Counted from the stretch's first letter, positions 18,433 to 28,751 are shown. The stretch: 32,000 bases of DNA from Candidatus Helarchaeota ASGARD archaeon Hel_GB_B (GCA_005191425.1 SUPR01000013.1:16895-48894), one strand, 5' to 3'. Translations and numbers: made by a program. Notes: generated by a model not told the origin, from the sequence alone.

Positions 18433-19680
18433 GTGAAAAATATGAGTACAACTATTCCACCAGAGACAACTTTAACTAAAATTATGCGTAGCTCAAGAGC
18501 AATTAAACAAATTCTTGTAATTGATACTGTCGGATTAGTTATAGCAAAAGTATTAAGGACTAAACCTATTGAAGGTATCGGTGCCCTTGAATCATCAATT
18601 TTTCGGAGTACAGAAGATATTGTCGAGTTTTTAAATCTAGGAAAATCACTTTTACATATTTCTGTATTCAATGATTATGCAATATTTGGTTTGGATATCG
18701 GAATTGGTAGCCTTGTAATTATTTTAGATTATAAAACACGCTGGGTTCTGGACGCTGACATAATTGATTCTGCTATTCGTGAATTAATTGATTTATGGGT
18801 TAATCAACTTGGACTCGAAGGATATGATTTTTCTGGTCTTAATAAATTAAAAAGGATTTTATCCCTTTTATATCAAGGCGATAGAGTCCCACCATTTAAA
18901 ATAGATGACTCCTCTTTTGATATAATTCATGATTTATTTGAAAATGTCCGAAATCCTTCGGTCTATGCAAATTGTATCACCAATGAATTGGGACTTCCTA
19001 TTGCTTTTGTTAGTCGTCCTGATTTTCAAGCTGATAGCGAAGAATTAGGTGGTACTTTATTAGCAGTAGATGCTATTGCTAAGGAAAAAGGCGAAAGTAG
19101 TGGACTTGGCAGACCAATTTTCACTGTCGTCTTTACAAGTCAAAATAAAGGCTTTTTGACTGCACATGCAGGGTCAATGGAAGGAGTTGAACCACTGGTA
19201 TATCTTACACTTTTTGACTTAAATAATGGATTTATCCCCATTTTATCTGAAACTAGACAAATGATTAAAAATATCTCGTCTGAATATGGAGATGAATTCT
19301 CTCAAAATTTAATTGAAACAATCGATTTAATTTTTAAACAATTATTCCCGGAAGAAAGTTTACCCGAAGAAGTAATTCCCGCTCAAAAATTAGACGAATT
19401 AAATAATATGTATATAGAAATGGAAAAAAATATTGATGAGAGCATAAATTATTACATGAGTATGTTAGGCGAATTTATGGAGCTAATATCATCTAGATGC
19501 GCTGAAATTCAGAATTCCTTGAGTACATATGACAAGGACCTTAGAAAATGGATACAAGAAAATGCACTTGTTTTTAAGGGAACTCCTTTTGAGCAAAAAA
19601 TGAATGAACAATTAAATAAATGGCTCAATGCTAAAGAGATAGTAGAAAATAAACTATCTAAAATGAGCTCTAGAGAATAA
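18433..19680 (+). CDS. Tandem Roadblock/LC7-like domain protein with C-terminal helical or coiled-coil region
   Basis: Two Roadblock-like patterns: IKQILVIDTVGLVIA...FLNLG and VYANCITNELGLPIA...SSGLG; ATG 18442 is an alternative start. Confidence 0.7.
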   Translation: MKNMSTTIPPETTLTKIMRSSRAIKQILVIDTVGLVIAKVLRTKPIEGIGALESSIFRSTEDIVEFLNLGKSLLHISVFNDYAIFGLDIGIGSLVIILDYKTRWVLDADIIDSAIRELIDLWVNQLGLEGYDFSGLNKLKRILSLLYQGDRVPPFKIDDSSFDIIHDLFENVRNPSVYANCITNELGLPIAFVSRPDFQADSEELGGTLLAVDAIAKEKGESSGLGRPIFTVVFTSQNKGFLTAHAGSMEGVEPLVYLTLFDLNNGFIPILSETRQMIKNISSEYGDEFSQNLIETIDLIFKQLFPEESLPEEVIPAQKLDELNNMYIEMEKNIDESINYYMSMLGEFMELISSRCAEIQNSLSTYDKDLRKWIQENALVFKGTPFEQKMNEQLNKWLNAKEIVENKLSKMSSRE

Positions 19681-19694
19681 ATTTAATACTATTT

Positions 19695-20666
19695 TTATTT
19701 TTCTTTATAAAATGGCTCCCTTAAATTAATAGCTTCTTTAAACAATTCTTTGATTTTAATATCTGATGCTCCCATTCTTATTGGTGTTATTATATCTATT
19801 AAATTATCATCTCTTAATAGACATGGTTTTAACTTTCCATCACTCGTGAGCCTTATTTTAGTACAATTTGCGCAGAACTCAGAATTGTGAAATGGTGAAA
19901 CAAATTCAATTATACCTCCATCCCTAAGAAAATATTTTCTCCTTTTCTGTAGCCGTCTAATTATTATTTTATTAGCTCTTTTTTTAATATTTTTTTCGAA
20001 TTCCTTAAGGTCAATGTGTTTGTCGAATTGATCCTTTCCGTTTTCTAATGGGACTAACTCTATACATTGTAAAATACAATTATGGTCTCTTGTAAATTCA
20101 TACATTGTTTCAAATTCTTCTACATTTATGTCTTTTAACATTACCATATTTATTTTTAATGGAGTAAGTCCAACTTCTATTGCTTTTATAACTCCACTTA
20201 AAATTTTTTTATGATTTTCCTCACTCATTTGTGTTATATTTGAAAATTTACAGGGATCAAGAGTGTCTAAACTTATATTAATTCTGTCCAGCCCTGCTTT
20301 TTTTAAATCTAATGCCATTTTTTCTAATAATGTCCCATTTGTAACTAACGATATATTTTCAATTTGGGGTATTTCCCTAATTTTTTTTATAATCTCAAAT
20401 ATGTCCTTTCTAATTAAAGGTTCTCCCCCTGTTATCTTAATATATTTAATTCCAAAATATGTTGAAACATTAACAATCCTTGTAATTTCTTGTACTGTCA
20501 TCTCATTTGAACTATTTTTATTAACTCCTTCCCTATGACAATAAATACAATTTAAATTACACCGATTAGTAATTGATATTCTTAAATTATCAATCGGTCT
20601 ATTGTATCTATCTGTATAGCATCCTATTTTTCTACTTGTGCTTTCATTCTTGTCTACTACTACCAT
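19695..20666 (-). CDS. moaA: GTP 3',8-cyclase (radical SAM)
   Basis: LRISITNRCNLNCIYC, ITGGEP, C-terminal FCANCTKIRLTSDGKLKPC; start set at ATG 20666. Confidence 0.95.
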   Translation of the reverse strand: MVVVDKNESTSRKIGCYTDRYNRPIDNLRISITNRCNLNCIYCHREGVNKNSSNEMTVQEITRIVNVSTYFGIKYIKITGGEPLIRKDIFEIIKKIREIPQIENISLVTNGTLLEKMALDLKKAGLDRINISLDTLDPCKFSNITQMSEENHKKILSGVIKAIEVGLTPLKINMVMLKDINVEEFETMYEFTRDHNCILQCIELVPLENGKDQFDKHIDLKEFEKNIKKRANKIIIRRLQKRRKYFLRDGGIIEFVSPFHNSEFCANCTKIRLTSDGKLKPCLLRDDNLIDIITPIRMGASDIKIKELFKEAINLREPFYKEK

Positions 20667-20864
20667 TATACTCAGTTTAACTCTCAAAAATTTTAAATTA
20701 TTTTCTTTTTTTCAGTAATTTTCTGTTTTTATTATCTATTTTAAAAGTTTTTAAGGTTTAAGGAAAAAATCTTGATTTTTTATAAAAAAAGATCTACATT
20801 ATTATTTAATAAAATATTTCTCTATTCATTTGATTTCATTAAACCATCATAAAAAAATTGACTT

Positions 20865-22676
20865 CTATTTTGATTCGTCAATAAGAATGATTTCTGGCTC
20901 ATTATCGACTTTTAAATTAAATTTTTTAATTGTTTTATCTATAATTTTTTGAATTTCTTCAGCTTTATTTGATAATTCCGCTTTTTTATAATATTTTTTC
21001 GCATTTTTCCATAAATTAATTGCCTCTTCATATTTTTTATTCTTATATGACCGTCCTCCCTCTTCATACTTAATTTTAGCAAGTTTTTTACAAATATCAA
21101 TTATTTTTTCATTTATCATTTTTCGTCTTTTATCTTTTTCGGGCAAAATCGATTTATCTATACATTTTTCAAATAGTTGTAAAGCGTTTTCTAATTCGTT
21201 ATTTTTCAAATTATTTATAGCTTCTTCATAAAGTGAATTAAAATCTTCTTGACCTGTACTTTTTCGTAATAGTTTAGCAATTTTTGGGTCTGATTTAATA
21301 ATATTTTCAAATATTTCTCTTGGAGAAATGTCTGATAAAAACGGTCTCGGTATTTCTTCTTTTACTTTATAGTCTGTAGTTATTTCTTCTTTTGCTTCTA
21401 TAATTTTTCTAGAGGTCATAAGATCTTGCTGATTCATTTTGGTCGTTTTTACACCTACATTTGAAATTTCAGTTTGTGGTGCAGGAATATTTTTCGAAAA
21501 ATTCTTAATAGTTTGAGATTTTTCAGGTGATAAAGTAGTGGTCTGGCCAATTTCAGAGGCTTTCTCTGGGACTTGAGGTGTTTCTAACTCAGGTTGTGGT
21601 ATTTCTGGAGGAATAAGTATAGGCTCACCTTCAATTTCGGGGATTTCCTCCGAGACTTGAGGTGTTTCTAACTCAGGTTGTGGTATTTCTGGAGGAATAG
21701 GTATAGGCTTACCTTCAATTTCGGGGATTTCCTCCGGGACTTGAGGTGTTTCTAACTCAGGTTGTGGTATTTCTGGAGGAATAGGAATAGGTTTGCCCCC
21801 AATTTCGGGGATTCCCTCCAGGACTTGAGGTATTTCCAATTCAGGCTGCTGCACTTCAGGGATAGCAGTGATAGGTTCGCGCTCAATTTCGGTAGATTCT
21901 ACTTCAGAAATTTGTGAAGTTTCTAATTCAGGCTGTTGTCCTTCAAGGTTAGCAGTGACAGGTTCGCCCTCAGTTTCGGTAGATTCTATTTCAGAAATTT
22001 GTGGAGTTTCTAATTCAGGCTGTTGTCCTTCAAGGTTAGCAGTGATAGGTTCACCCTCAGTTTCGGTAGATTCTACTTCAGAAATTTGTGGAGTTTCTGA
22101 TTCAAGCTGTTGCTCTTCAGGGTTGGCAGTGATAGGTTCGCCCTCCGTTTCGAGTGCCTCTACTTCAGGCTGCCTCTTTTCTGTAGTAAATGATATAGAT
22201 TTATCTTTAATTTCTGGAACTTTATCAGAGGGATTCGATACTTTTGTCTTTAAGATATTATCTTTAGATTTTTCTATAGTCATTTCAAAATCTTTTTCTT
22301 CTTTATTTTCTTCAATCTTTTCATTTTGTAATTGTTCAATTAATGAATTTAATTTTAACAATATTTCAATTCGTCTATTAAAACTATAAATTTTGAATGC
22401 CTCTAAACTTTTTAATACCTCCTCGTTTTTAAAATCACTTTTTCTAAATTTATTAGTTTCTTTTTTTACATCATTTAACAATTCATTAAATTGTTTTAGT
22501 AGATTTTTATAATTCTCTTTTAAATCTGGTGATTTTGATACTTTATTTGGAATTCTATTATTTATAAAATCTTCTAAGATATCAAAATCCAATATATTAT
22601 CTGGGAATAATTTTGAAAATTCAGTAATAAATAAGTCAATAGGATCTTGTAAATTGACCAAATTTCTCACCTTCAA
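20865..22676 (-). CDS. Hypothetical protein with a central Pro/Glu tandem-repeat linker and C-terminal TPR-like helices
   Basis: 603-aa open frame; helical N-terminus; repeat array; C-terminal ALQLFEKC...YEEAINLWKNA helical repeats. Confidence 0.8.
   Translation of the reverse strand: MKVRNLVNLQDPIDLFITEFSKLFPDNILDFDILEDFINNRIPNKVSKSPDLKENYKNLLKQFNELLNDVKKETNKFRKSDFKNEEVLKSLEAFKIYSFNRRIEILLKLNSLIEQLQNEKIEENKEEKDFEMTIEKSKDNILKTKVSNPSDKVPEIKDKSISFTTEKRQPEVEALETEGEPITANPEEQQLESETPQISEVESTETEGEPITANLEGQQPELETPQISEIESTETEGEPVTANLEGQQPELETSQISEVESTEIEREPITAIPEVQQPELEIPQVLEGIPEIGGKPIPIPPEIPQPELETPQVPEEIPEIEGKPIPIPPEIPQPELETPQVSEEIPEIEGEPILIPPEIPQPELETPQVPEKASEIGQTTTLSPEKSQTIKNFSKNIPAPQTEISNVGVKTTKMNQQDLMTSRKIIEAKEEITTDYKVKEEIPRPFLSDISPREIFENIIKSDPKIAKLLRKSTGQEDFNSLYEEAINNLKNNELENALQLFEKCIDKSILPEKDKRRKMINEKIIDICKKLAKIKYEEGGRSYKNKKYEEAINLWKNAKKYYKKAELSNKAEEIQKIIDKTIKKFNLKVDNEPEIILIDESK
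21552..22148 (-). repeat. Coding tandem repeat: 3 x 87 bp followed by 4 x 84 bp
   Basis: Units TEGEPITANLEGQQPELETPQISEIESTE (29 aa) and IEGKPIPIPPEIPQPELETPQVSEEIPE (28 aa); visibly higher GC than the flanks. Confidence 0.95.
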
Positions 22677-22833
22677 AAATAATCTATTTTAATCTTATGT
22701 CACTATAATTTTATTATAATCATTAATAGTTTTTGATCGGAAATTTAATAAAAGTAATTAAATATTTGTATTAATAATTGTAATGTAGATAATTAATAAA
22801 GTAGAATAATTTTTATTAATATGGTGGATATTA

Positions 22834-23412
22834 ATGAAGTCAGGTGCAGAAGTAGTAGGTGAATTGATTATTGCAGGTCTTAGAAGTAAAATAAAAGAAG
22901 AACGAGAACAAATATTAAATGATTTATATGGAAAGATAGCTCAAATAACTTTTCCAAATTTACACGAAGCTTTGATCCTATATTTTGAAGATGTTGAAGG
23001 TTTGGGCAGATGGATACGATACGAAAAACATACGACCCCTATTTTCACATGTAAAGAATGCAATTGGGAAGGTGGCTATAATGAATTACCAAGTGAAGAA
23101 ATACCTATTGAACTATCTAAAAGTGAAGAACATCCAATACAGAACCCAACAAAATTAGTAGTTTATGAAAAATGTCCAAAATGTGGAAATGAAAAATTAA
23201 AGAAGAAATCTTGGAAACATCCAGATGCAAAGATAGTTGTATGGGGTTCTCATTTTGATATTGGCGCTTTAGGTGATGCGGCAATTGGACCTATAGGTCA
23301 TAGAATAAAAGGATTATTTAGAGCTTTATGGTTTGTATTAACAAGGCGCGTAAGGTTATCTCCAATAACAAAATTGACTCTCGGACTAAAAATAGGGAAA
23401 TTAATGATGTAA
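22834..23412 (+). CDS. Hypothetical protein, possible SCP2-like fold with inserted CxxC...CxxC Zn module
   Basis: CKEC (aa 73-76) and CPKC (aa 114-117); flanks GKIAQITF, PDAKIVV and RVRL...LGLKIGKLM resemble the SCP2 pattern. Confidence 0.6.
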   Translation: MKSGAEVVGELIIAGLRSKIKEEREQILNDLYGKIAQITFPNLHEALILYFEDVEGLGRWIRYEKHTTPIFTCKECNWEGGYNELPSEEIPIELSKSEEHPIQNPTKLVVYEKCPKCGNEKLKKKSWKHPDAKIVVWGSHFDIGALGDAAIGPIGHRIKGLFRALWFVLTRRVRLSPITKLTLGLKIGKLMM

Positions 23413-23750
23413 ATTTCACATTTTAAAGATTTTTAAGTATTCCGTATTCTTCTTTTTTTATAAGTTTTCTAAGATTTTTTTTCAATAATTGCTTCATTTA
23501 AATTTCTTTTTCTTTTTTAGTTCAACCTTTTTTTATGAAATATTTCAAATAAATTATTTAAAATAGGATCAGAGATTCTGGGAAATTTTAACAACAATAT
23601 AATAATAAGCCAATATAATAGAATAATCTTAATCTAAAGATAATGCAACTGTTTTCTGTGGTGTGGTCTTCTTATTTTGCAGAATAATTAAATATTTAGA
23701 AAAGAAAAAATTTTTCAAACGCTATGAATTGAATTATTTTAATAGCCAAA

Positions 23751-24911
23751 TCAATAATTATAACAAAATTTAATAATTGTTTCAAATTTTTTTATAATTT
23801 TTTTATAATCTAGGTATTTTTCAGCATATTTTCTAGAATTTTCGGCTAACTTGATTCTATAATCATCGTTTTTTAATAAATAAATAGCTTTATCTATAAA
23901 ATCTTTATAATTGTTCACTTTAAATTTACAAATATGAATATTATGTGTAAGATCTGAAGCAACATCAATATCTGATGTCAATATTGGTCTTCCTGACGAT
24001 AGGTATTCCCCAATTTTCGCTTGTCCCATTAAAGCTCCTGGAAGTGGTCTTGCTGGTAATACCAAAATATCGGCTAATTGGTGAAATAAAGGAATTTTTC
24101 TAAAATCCTGCCAACCGAGGAATTTAACATCTTTATTTAGTTCTAATCCGCTTTCTTTCACAATAGTTAGCAAATCTTGTCTTAAGACAGGACCCACCAA
24201 AAGAAGAATTAAGTTATTTTTATATTCTTTATATTTCTTTTTTAACATTCCAAAAGCTTTTATTAAAAAGTCAACTCCATGACCTGGTAATGCTCCTCCC
24301 GTATACATCATAATTTTCTTTTCTATTATATCATTTCCTAGTTCATCTTTCAATTTTTGTAATTTAGATTTATCTTGAATTGGATTATAAAACTCAGTAT
24401 TAACTCCCCACGGGATATGGATGATTTTTTTATTTGGTACCACCTTTTTTAACCAAGGTAATAACGATTTGTTAGTAGCTGCAATAACATGGGCTTTTCG
24501 GATCATATGATATTCCATTTCTTGGAATAATGGGATATATGTTCTAACTAAGAGGTTACTTTTATTTGTTAACTTAAAACGTGATTTCTCTTCTATTAAA
24601 TATGCAATTGTTATTTTTTTACTATAAATTCCACTCAATGCTGGAATTATTGCTGATGCTAAGCAAACTTTGTCTTTTATTTTCGATAAATTTTTTCTTA
24701 ATAAATAAAAATTAGAAAAGATTTGTATTTTTGGTATATTTAGAGCGGGAATTTTATAGAGATTTATTCCTTCGAATGACAATTTTTCAAAATTTTTAAT
24801 AGGTGATACCCAATTTATTGTTATAGGTGTATATTCAACAAGTTTTTGTGCCAAAATAAATAAATGACTATTTAATATTTCATCTAAAGTTTTTACTTCT
24901 GGAATTATCAT
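23751..24911 (-). CDS. Glycosyltransferase family 4 (GT-B)
   Basis: IPWGVNTEFY, MYTGG...HGVDFLI, ADILVLP, KIGEYLSSGRPILTSD. Confidence 0.88.
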   Translation of the reverse strand: MIIPEVKTLDEILNSHLFILAQKLVEYTPITINWVSPIKNFEKLSFEGINLYKIPALNIPKIQIFSNFYLLRKNLSKIKDKVCLASAIIPALSGIYSKKITIAYLIEEKSRFKLTNKSNLLVRTYIPLFQEMEYHMIRKAHVIAATNKSLLPWLKKVVPNKKIIHIPWGVNTEFYNPIQDKSKLQKLKDELGNDIIEKKIMMYTGGALPGHGVDFLIKAFGMLKKKYKEYKNNLILLLVGPVLRQDLLTIVKESGLELNKDVKFLGWQDFRKIPLFHQLADILVLPARPLPGALMGQAKIGEYLSSGRPILTSDIDVASDLTHNIHICKFKVNNYKDFIDKAIYLLKNDDYRIKLAENSRKYAEKYLDYKKIIKKFETIIKFCYNY

Positions 24912-25055
24912 TTAATCATCATTTAATAATAATAGTATTGTGAAATATTATTAACGAATAATTTTTTAAAAATTCATTTATATTTTACCTATTCTTCGAG
25001 ATAATACATAATTTGTTTTAGGCTATAAAATATCAATTTAATTTTTAAAATTAAA

Positions 25056-26210
25056 TTATTCAATAGTTAAACCTCTTCTATTAAGTTCGGATAAACTTTG
25101 GTTTAATAGATCCTTAATATTTTTTTGTGACCTAATCCAAGGAATTACCCTTTTTATACCTTCTTGAAAATTAAATTTAGGACTAAAATTCAATTCTTGT
25201 TTTATTTTTGATATATCTGGATAACAATGTCTTACATCACCTTTTCTAAACTGGTTTTTTATAATTGGTTTTATGCCAGGTTTTATTAAATCTATTAAAA
25301 TTTCTGCTATTTTTAGTATAGAAATTGGTGTTCCTGTCCCGACATTGTAATATTTATAATTTGCAACCTTTTTTTGCATAGCAAGAATTAAAGATTGAAC
25401 AATATCATCAATATAAATAAAATCTCTTGTTTGATTCCCATCTTCAAAAATAATTGGTGGTTTATTATTTAAAATTCTACTTGAGAAAATTGCACAAACT
25501 CCTGTGTATGGATTTGAAAGTGCTTGCCTTGTACCATACACATTAAAAAATCTTAGTGCCACAGCAGGGATATTATATGTTTTTCCAATAAGTAATGTAA
25601 TCTCTTCTTGATGTCTTTTTGATTGCGCATATATTGAATTACTATATAATGGTTTTTCCTCATTTGTAGGGATTGGTTTTAGAATTTTTGAGCAACTTGG
25701 ACATTTTAATTCCCATTCATGTTTTTTCAAATGTTCGACCGACCTAATTTTCGGGAAAAAAATTTTATCTTCATTTTCGCAATAATATGCCCCCTCTCCG
25801 TAAATAGACATAGATGAAGCGACAATTATCTTTTTAACACAATTTTCATTATTTATAATAATGTCCATTAAGTTTGAAGTACCATGAGTATTTACATCAA
25901 TGTAATGCTCAATTTGATACATAGATTGTCCGACTCCAACTGCTGCAGCCAAATTATAAATTATATCTATATCTTGGATCGCTTTTTTTACGTCTTCAGA
26001 GTTTCTGATATCGCCTATAATTAGTTCTGCATTATTATTCAAATAATCTGGTATCTTCCGGTCATTACCATGTACTTGAGCATCTAAATTATCAAGTATT
26101 CTTACATAATAACCTTTTTCCAATAATTTATCAACTAAATGTGATCCAATAAAACCACAACCTCCAATAACTAAAATCCTATCTATATTTTTCATTTTTC
26201 CGTCCTTCAA
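25056..26210 (-). CDS. NAD-dependent epimerase/dehydratase (extended SDR) with Cys-containing insertion
   Basis: GGCGFIG, NLAAAVGVGQS, SSMSIYGEG, YAQSK (YxxxK), LRFFNVYG. Confidence 0.92.
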   Translation of the reverse strand: MKDGKMKNIDRILVIGGCGFIGSHLVDKLLEKGYYVRILDNLDAQVHGNDRKIPDYLNNNAELIIGDIRNSEDVKKAIQDIDIIYNLAAAVGVGQSMYQIEHYIDVNTHGTSNLMDIIINNENCVKKIIVASSMSIYGEGAYYCENEDKIFFPKIRSVEHLKKHEWELKCPSCSKILKPIPTNEEKPLYSNSIYAQSKRHQEEITLLIGKTYNIPAVALRFFNVYGTRQALSNPYTGVCAIFSSRILNNKPPIIFEDGNQTRDFIYIDDIVQSLILAMQKKVANYKYYNVGTGTPISILKIAEILIDLIKPGIKPIIKNQFRKGDVRHCYPDISKIKQELNFSPKFNFQEGIKRVIPWIRSQKNIKDLLNQSLSELNRRGLTIE

Positions 26211-26452
26211 TACATCAATATAACAATATAAAATTCATATTTTTAGGGAAAAATAATTTTAATTTGATTCTTAGTTCAATTATATCATTATAGATTTAAA
26301 TATAACATTAAAAATTTTTTTTATAATACTAAAAAATTATTAAAAAGATTCTCGAAATAACAGATAATTTACTACGTTTTTTTTAATTGCAGATATCACT
26401 CATTTATTAATTCCAATTAAAAAAGAAATAAAATATTTTTTAAAAACAATGA

Positions 26453-27313
26453 TTATCGGTTATCTTCTTTTTTAATTTTAGCTTTTTTGCCCACTTTACA
26501 TACTTGCATACAGATTGAACAATATGGAAAATCTCCCATTCTTTCGATCCATTCTTGATACTCTTTTATTTGAGGATATTTCTGCTCATATTTTGGGACC
26601 ATAATCAAAGCTGTTGGCCTAGCTTCGACCCAATCTTTTGGCGGAGCTTCTACTTTTGTTAATCGAACCCATCCTTGAATTCCCCAGAAACATTTGTTTA
26701 AATTGAAATTGTAAGGTGGATAATTATCCCGGCTAATAGCCCCACTTGGACATCTTTCAACACATTCATAGCATTTTAAACAGACTCTATCTATAAGGTC
26801 AGGTTCTCCGGTTTTAAGTGGAGCGTTAGTAACAACAGTTGCTAATGCAACTCTCGGGCCCCATTCTTTTGTCAGAAATAAATTTGAATGTCCAATTTCA
26901 CCCAGTCCTGCTAGCTGAGCAATAAATCTATGTGATATTGCACCAACAAACCTTTTTTCATCTCTTGGTAATTCCGGTGCTATTGGAGTTGCATTATAAC
27001 CTTTTTTCTCTAAAAATTTTGCGATATGTAATGCTATTCTTGATAGTTCTTGATATAAAGCATTTTGCGTGTGAACATATACTCCTCCATGAATTAAATC
27101 ATCAGTATGATCACAATCTATTGTCCCATCTGGATATGCCATTACCAAACTAATAGCAACTTTTGCACCTCTAACAATATTTTGTGGATCTCCGTGTCCA
27201 TGAGGTGGTTCTTCTGCTCGTTCAGCATCGGCAATTCCTATTTTATCGATACCTAAATCTAAGCCTAATTTTATTACTTCATCTGTCAATTTCTCATCGT
27301 ATTCTTCTGACAT
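26453..27313 (-). CDS. QueG / reductive-dehalogenase-like cobalamin and 2x[4Fe-4S] protein
   Basis: SHRFIAQLAGLGEIG, GPRVALATVVT, CLKCYECVERCP, C...CSICMQVC; no signal peptide; GGTGAT SD. Confidence 0.82.
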   Translation of the reverse strand: MSEEYDEKLTDEVIKLGLDLGIDKIGIADAERAEEPPHGHGDPQNIVRGAKVAISLVMAYPDGTIDCDHTDDLIHGGVYVHTQNALYQELSRIALHIAKFLEKKGYNATPIAPELPRDEKRFVGAISHRFIAQLAGLGEIGHSNLFLTKEWGPRVALATVVTNAPLKTGEPDLIDRVCLKCYECVERCPSGAISRDNYPPYNFNLNKCFWGIQGWVRLTKVEAPPKDWVEARPTALIMVPKYEQKYPQIKEYQEWIERMGDFPYCSICMQVCKVGKKAKIKKEDNR

Positions 27314-27486
27314 TTGATCACCATAATAAACAAATAATCATCAATAAAATTTGAATAATTTAAATAAATCGAATGTTTTAAATTTATAAAAATATTACCT
27401 TGAATATCTTATTTAATTGTTCATGTTTTAATTTAAATTGGTCGAATTATTATATAAAAAATCAATTCTCTATTATTTTTAAATTT

Positions 27487-28065
27487 CTATGGTTTAAACC
27501 AAGAAAATATATAATATGAAACTGTTTTATCAGAATTAATTGTAGCAATTACGAATTTTTTTCTTACAGTTGTAGCTAATCTCCCAGCTCTAACCATTTC
27601 AATAGCTGAAATTACTTCGTTAGAAGGCAAGACATGGACAATAAATGGTGCATGGTCTATACCCGGGCCATGTTCATAAACTGCAAAATCAGCTCCAAAT
27701 TTAAGTCCTGGTCTGACAACATATTTATCTCTTAGATTTGAATATATGATATATTTCTCTTCAAACCGGTCGTGTATTTTTTTTGCTATCTCTTTAAATG
27801 ATTTTTTATCTATAATTGATTTTGATATTGAATCTCTAAGGATTATTTTATCTTTTTCAAGTAAGTACAGCGTTTCAAATAACGATAATTCTAATGGTCT
27901 ATCAAAGTCGGTCGATTTGGGTTTTCTAATTCCTAATGGTTTTCCATAGAATCCATTTTTATATAATTCTGATCCATCTTTAGAATTCCAAATGATTACT
28001 CTATTTTGAAGGAGTTCAGCTTCTATAATATAAAAATTATCATTTTTTTCTATATTTTCTTCCAT
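27487..28065 (-). CDS. endA: tRNA splicing endonuclease, catalytic subunit
   Basis: ELSLFETLYL, GLKFGADFAVY, GPGIDHAP, RLATTVRKK; catalytic Tyr/His/Lys present; single-unit size (192 aa). Confidence 0.95.
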   Translation of the reverse strand: MEENIEKNDNFYIIEAELLQNRVIIWNSKDGSELYKNGFYGKPLGIRKPKSTDFDRPLELSLFETLYLLEKDKIILRDSISKSIIDKKSFKEIAKKIHDRFEEKYIIYSNLRDKYVVRPGLKFGADFAVYEHGPGIDHAPFIVHVLPSNEVISAIEMVRAGRLATTVRKKFVIATINSDKTVSYYIFSWFKP

Positions 28066-28091
28066 TTACTCTTCTTTCCCAAACTTTTTTA

Positions 28092-28751
28092 TTATCTAGG
28101 AATTCCAAATCTACTTACTGCTAATATTCTAATTGCATCAGCAATATCTGCAGCAATATCCGAAATTTCTTCGAGTCTTATAATAAAATCTCTAATTCGT
28201 AATGTAGTCCCAAGTTCTAAATTAAGGTCATATATATATTGTATGAAATCACGTTGGATCCCATCTACTATTCGCTCTAACTCTTCTACATCTTTTATCA
28301 TAGCTATTGATTTTCTCGCATTTTGCAATAATACAAAAATAGATTCTCTAACCAATTTTAAGCTGTTGTCAACATTTTTCATCATAGATTTTATTAGTTT
28401 TTTCGACGTATCATCAGGTCTCCAAAAACTAGCTGCTTGGATTCTATAACCTAGTCCAGTTGAGCTATCAGCTAAATGAGAAATAAGCATTGTTAATCTC
28501 ATAAGATCCCCCCTCACCATCATTCCTTCAGCTTCTGATAACCCATCTAATACTTCATTTTTTATTTCTATACTTTCAGATTCAATCTTTAATAAATTAT
28601 CTAATTCCGTGTTGATTTCGGCTTGTTTTCCATCGATTAAATAATCTACCATTAATCCCAATTTCTTTAATAATTTATTATAAACTAATCGCATGTAATC
28701 ATTTAATATGTCTAAAGTCTTGATTTCTAATCGGGTATATTCTTCTGTCAT
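28092..28751 (-). CDS. DUF47 / PhoU-like phosphate transport regulator
   Basis: Helical bundle with IESESIEIK, RGDL, ELERIVDGIQR, LEEISDIAADIAD; start set at ATG 28751 (GTG 28766 possible). Confidence 0.85.
   Translation of the reverse strand: MTEEYTRLEIKTLDILNDYMRLVYNKLLKKLGLMVDYLIDGKQAEINTELDNLLKIESESIEIKNEVLDGLSEAEGMMVRGDLMRLTMLISHLADSSTGLGYRIQAASFWRPDDTSKKLIKSMMKNVDNSLKLVRESIFVLLQNARKSIAMIKDVEELERIVDGIQRDFIQYIYDLNLELGTTLRIRDFIIRLEEISDIAADIADAIRILAVSRFGIPR

Noticed and set aside
21868-22389. 173-aa plus-strand ORF
   Set aside because: Antisense shadow of the repeat array; Ser/Val/Cys-rich composition is what the reverse strand of Glu/Thr/Gln codons produces.
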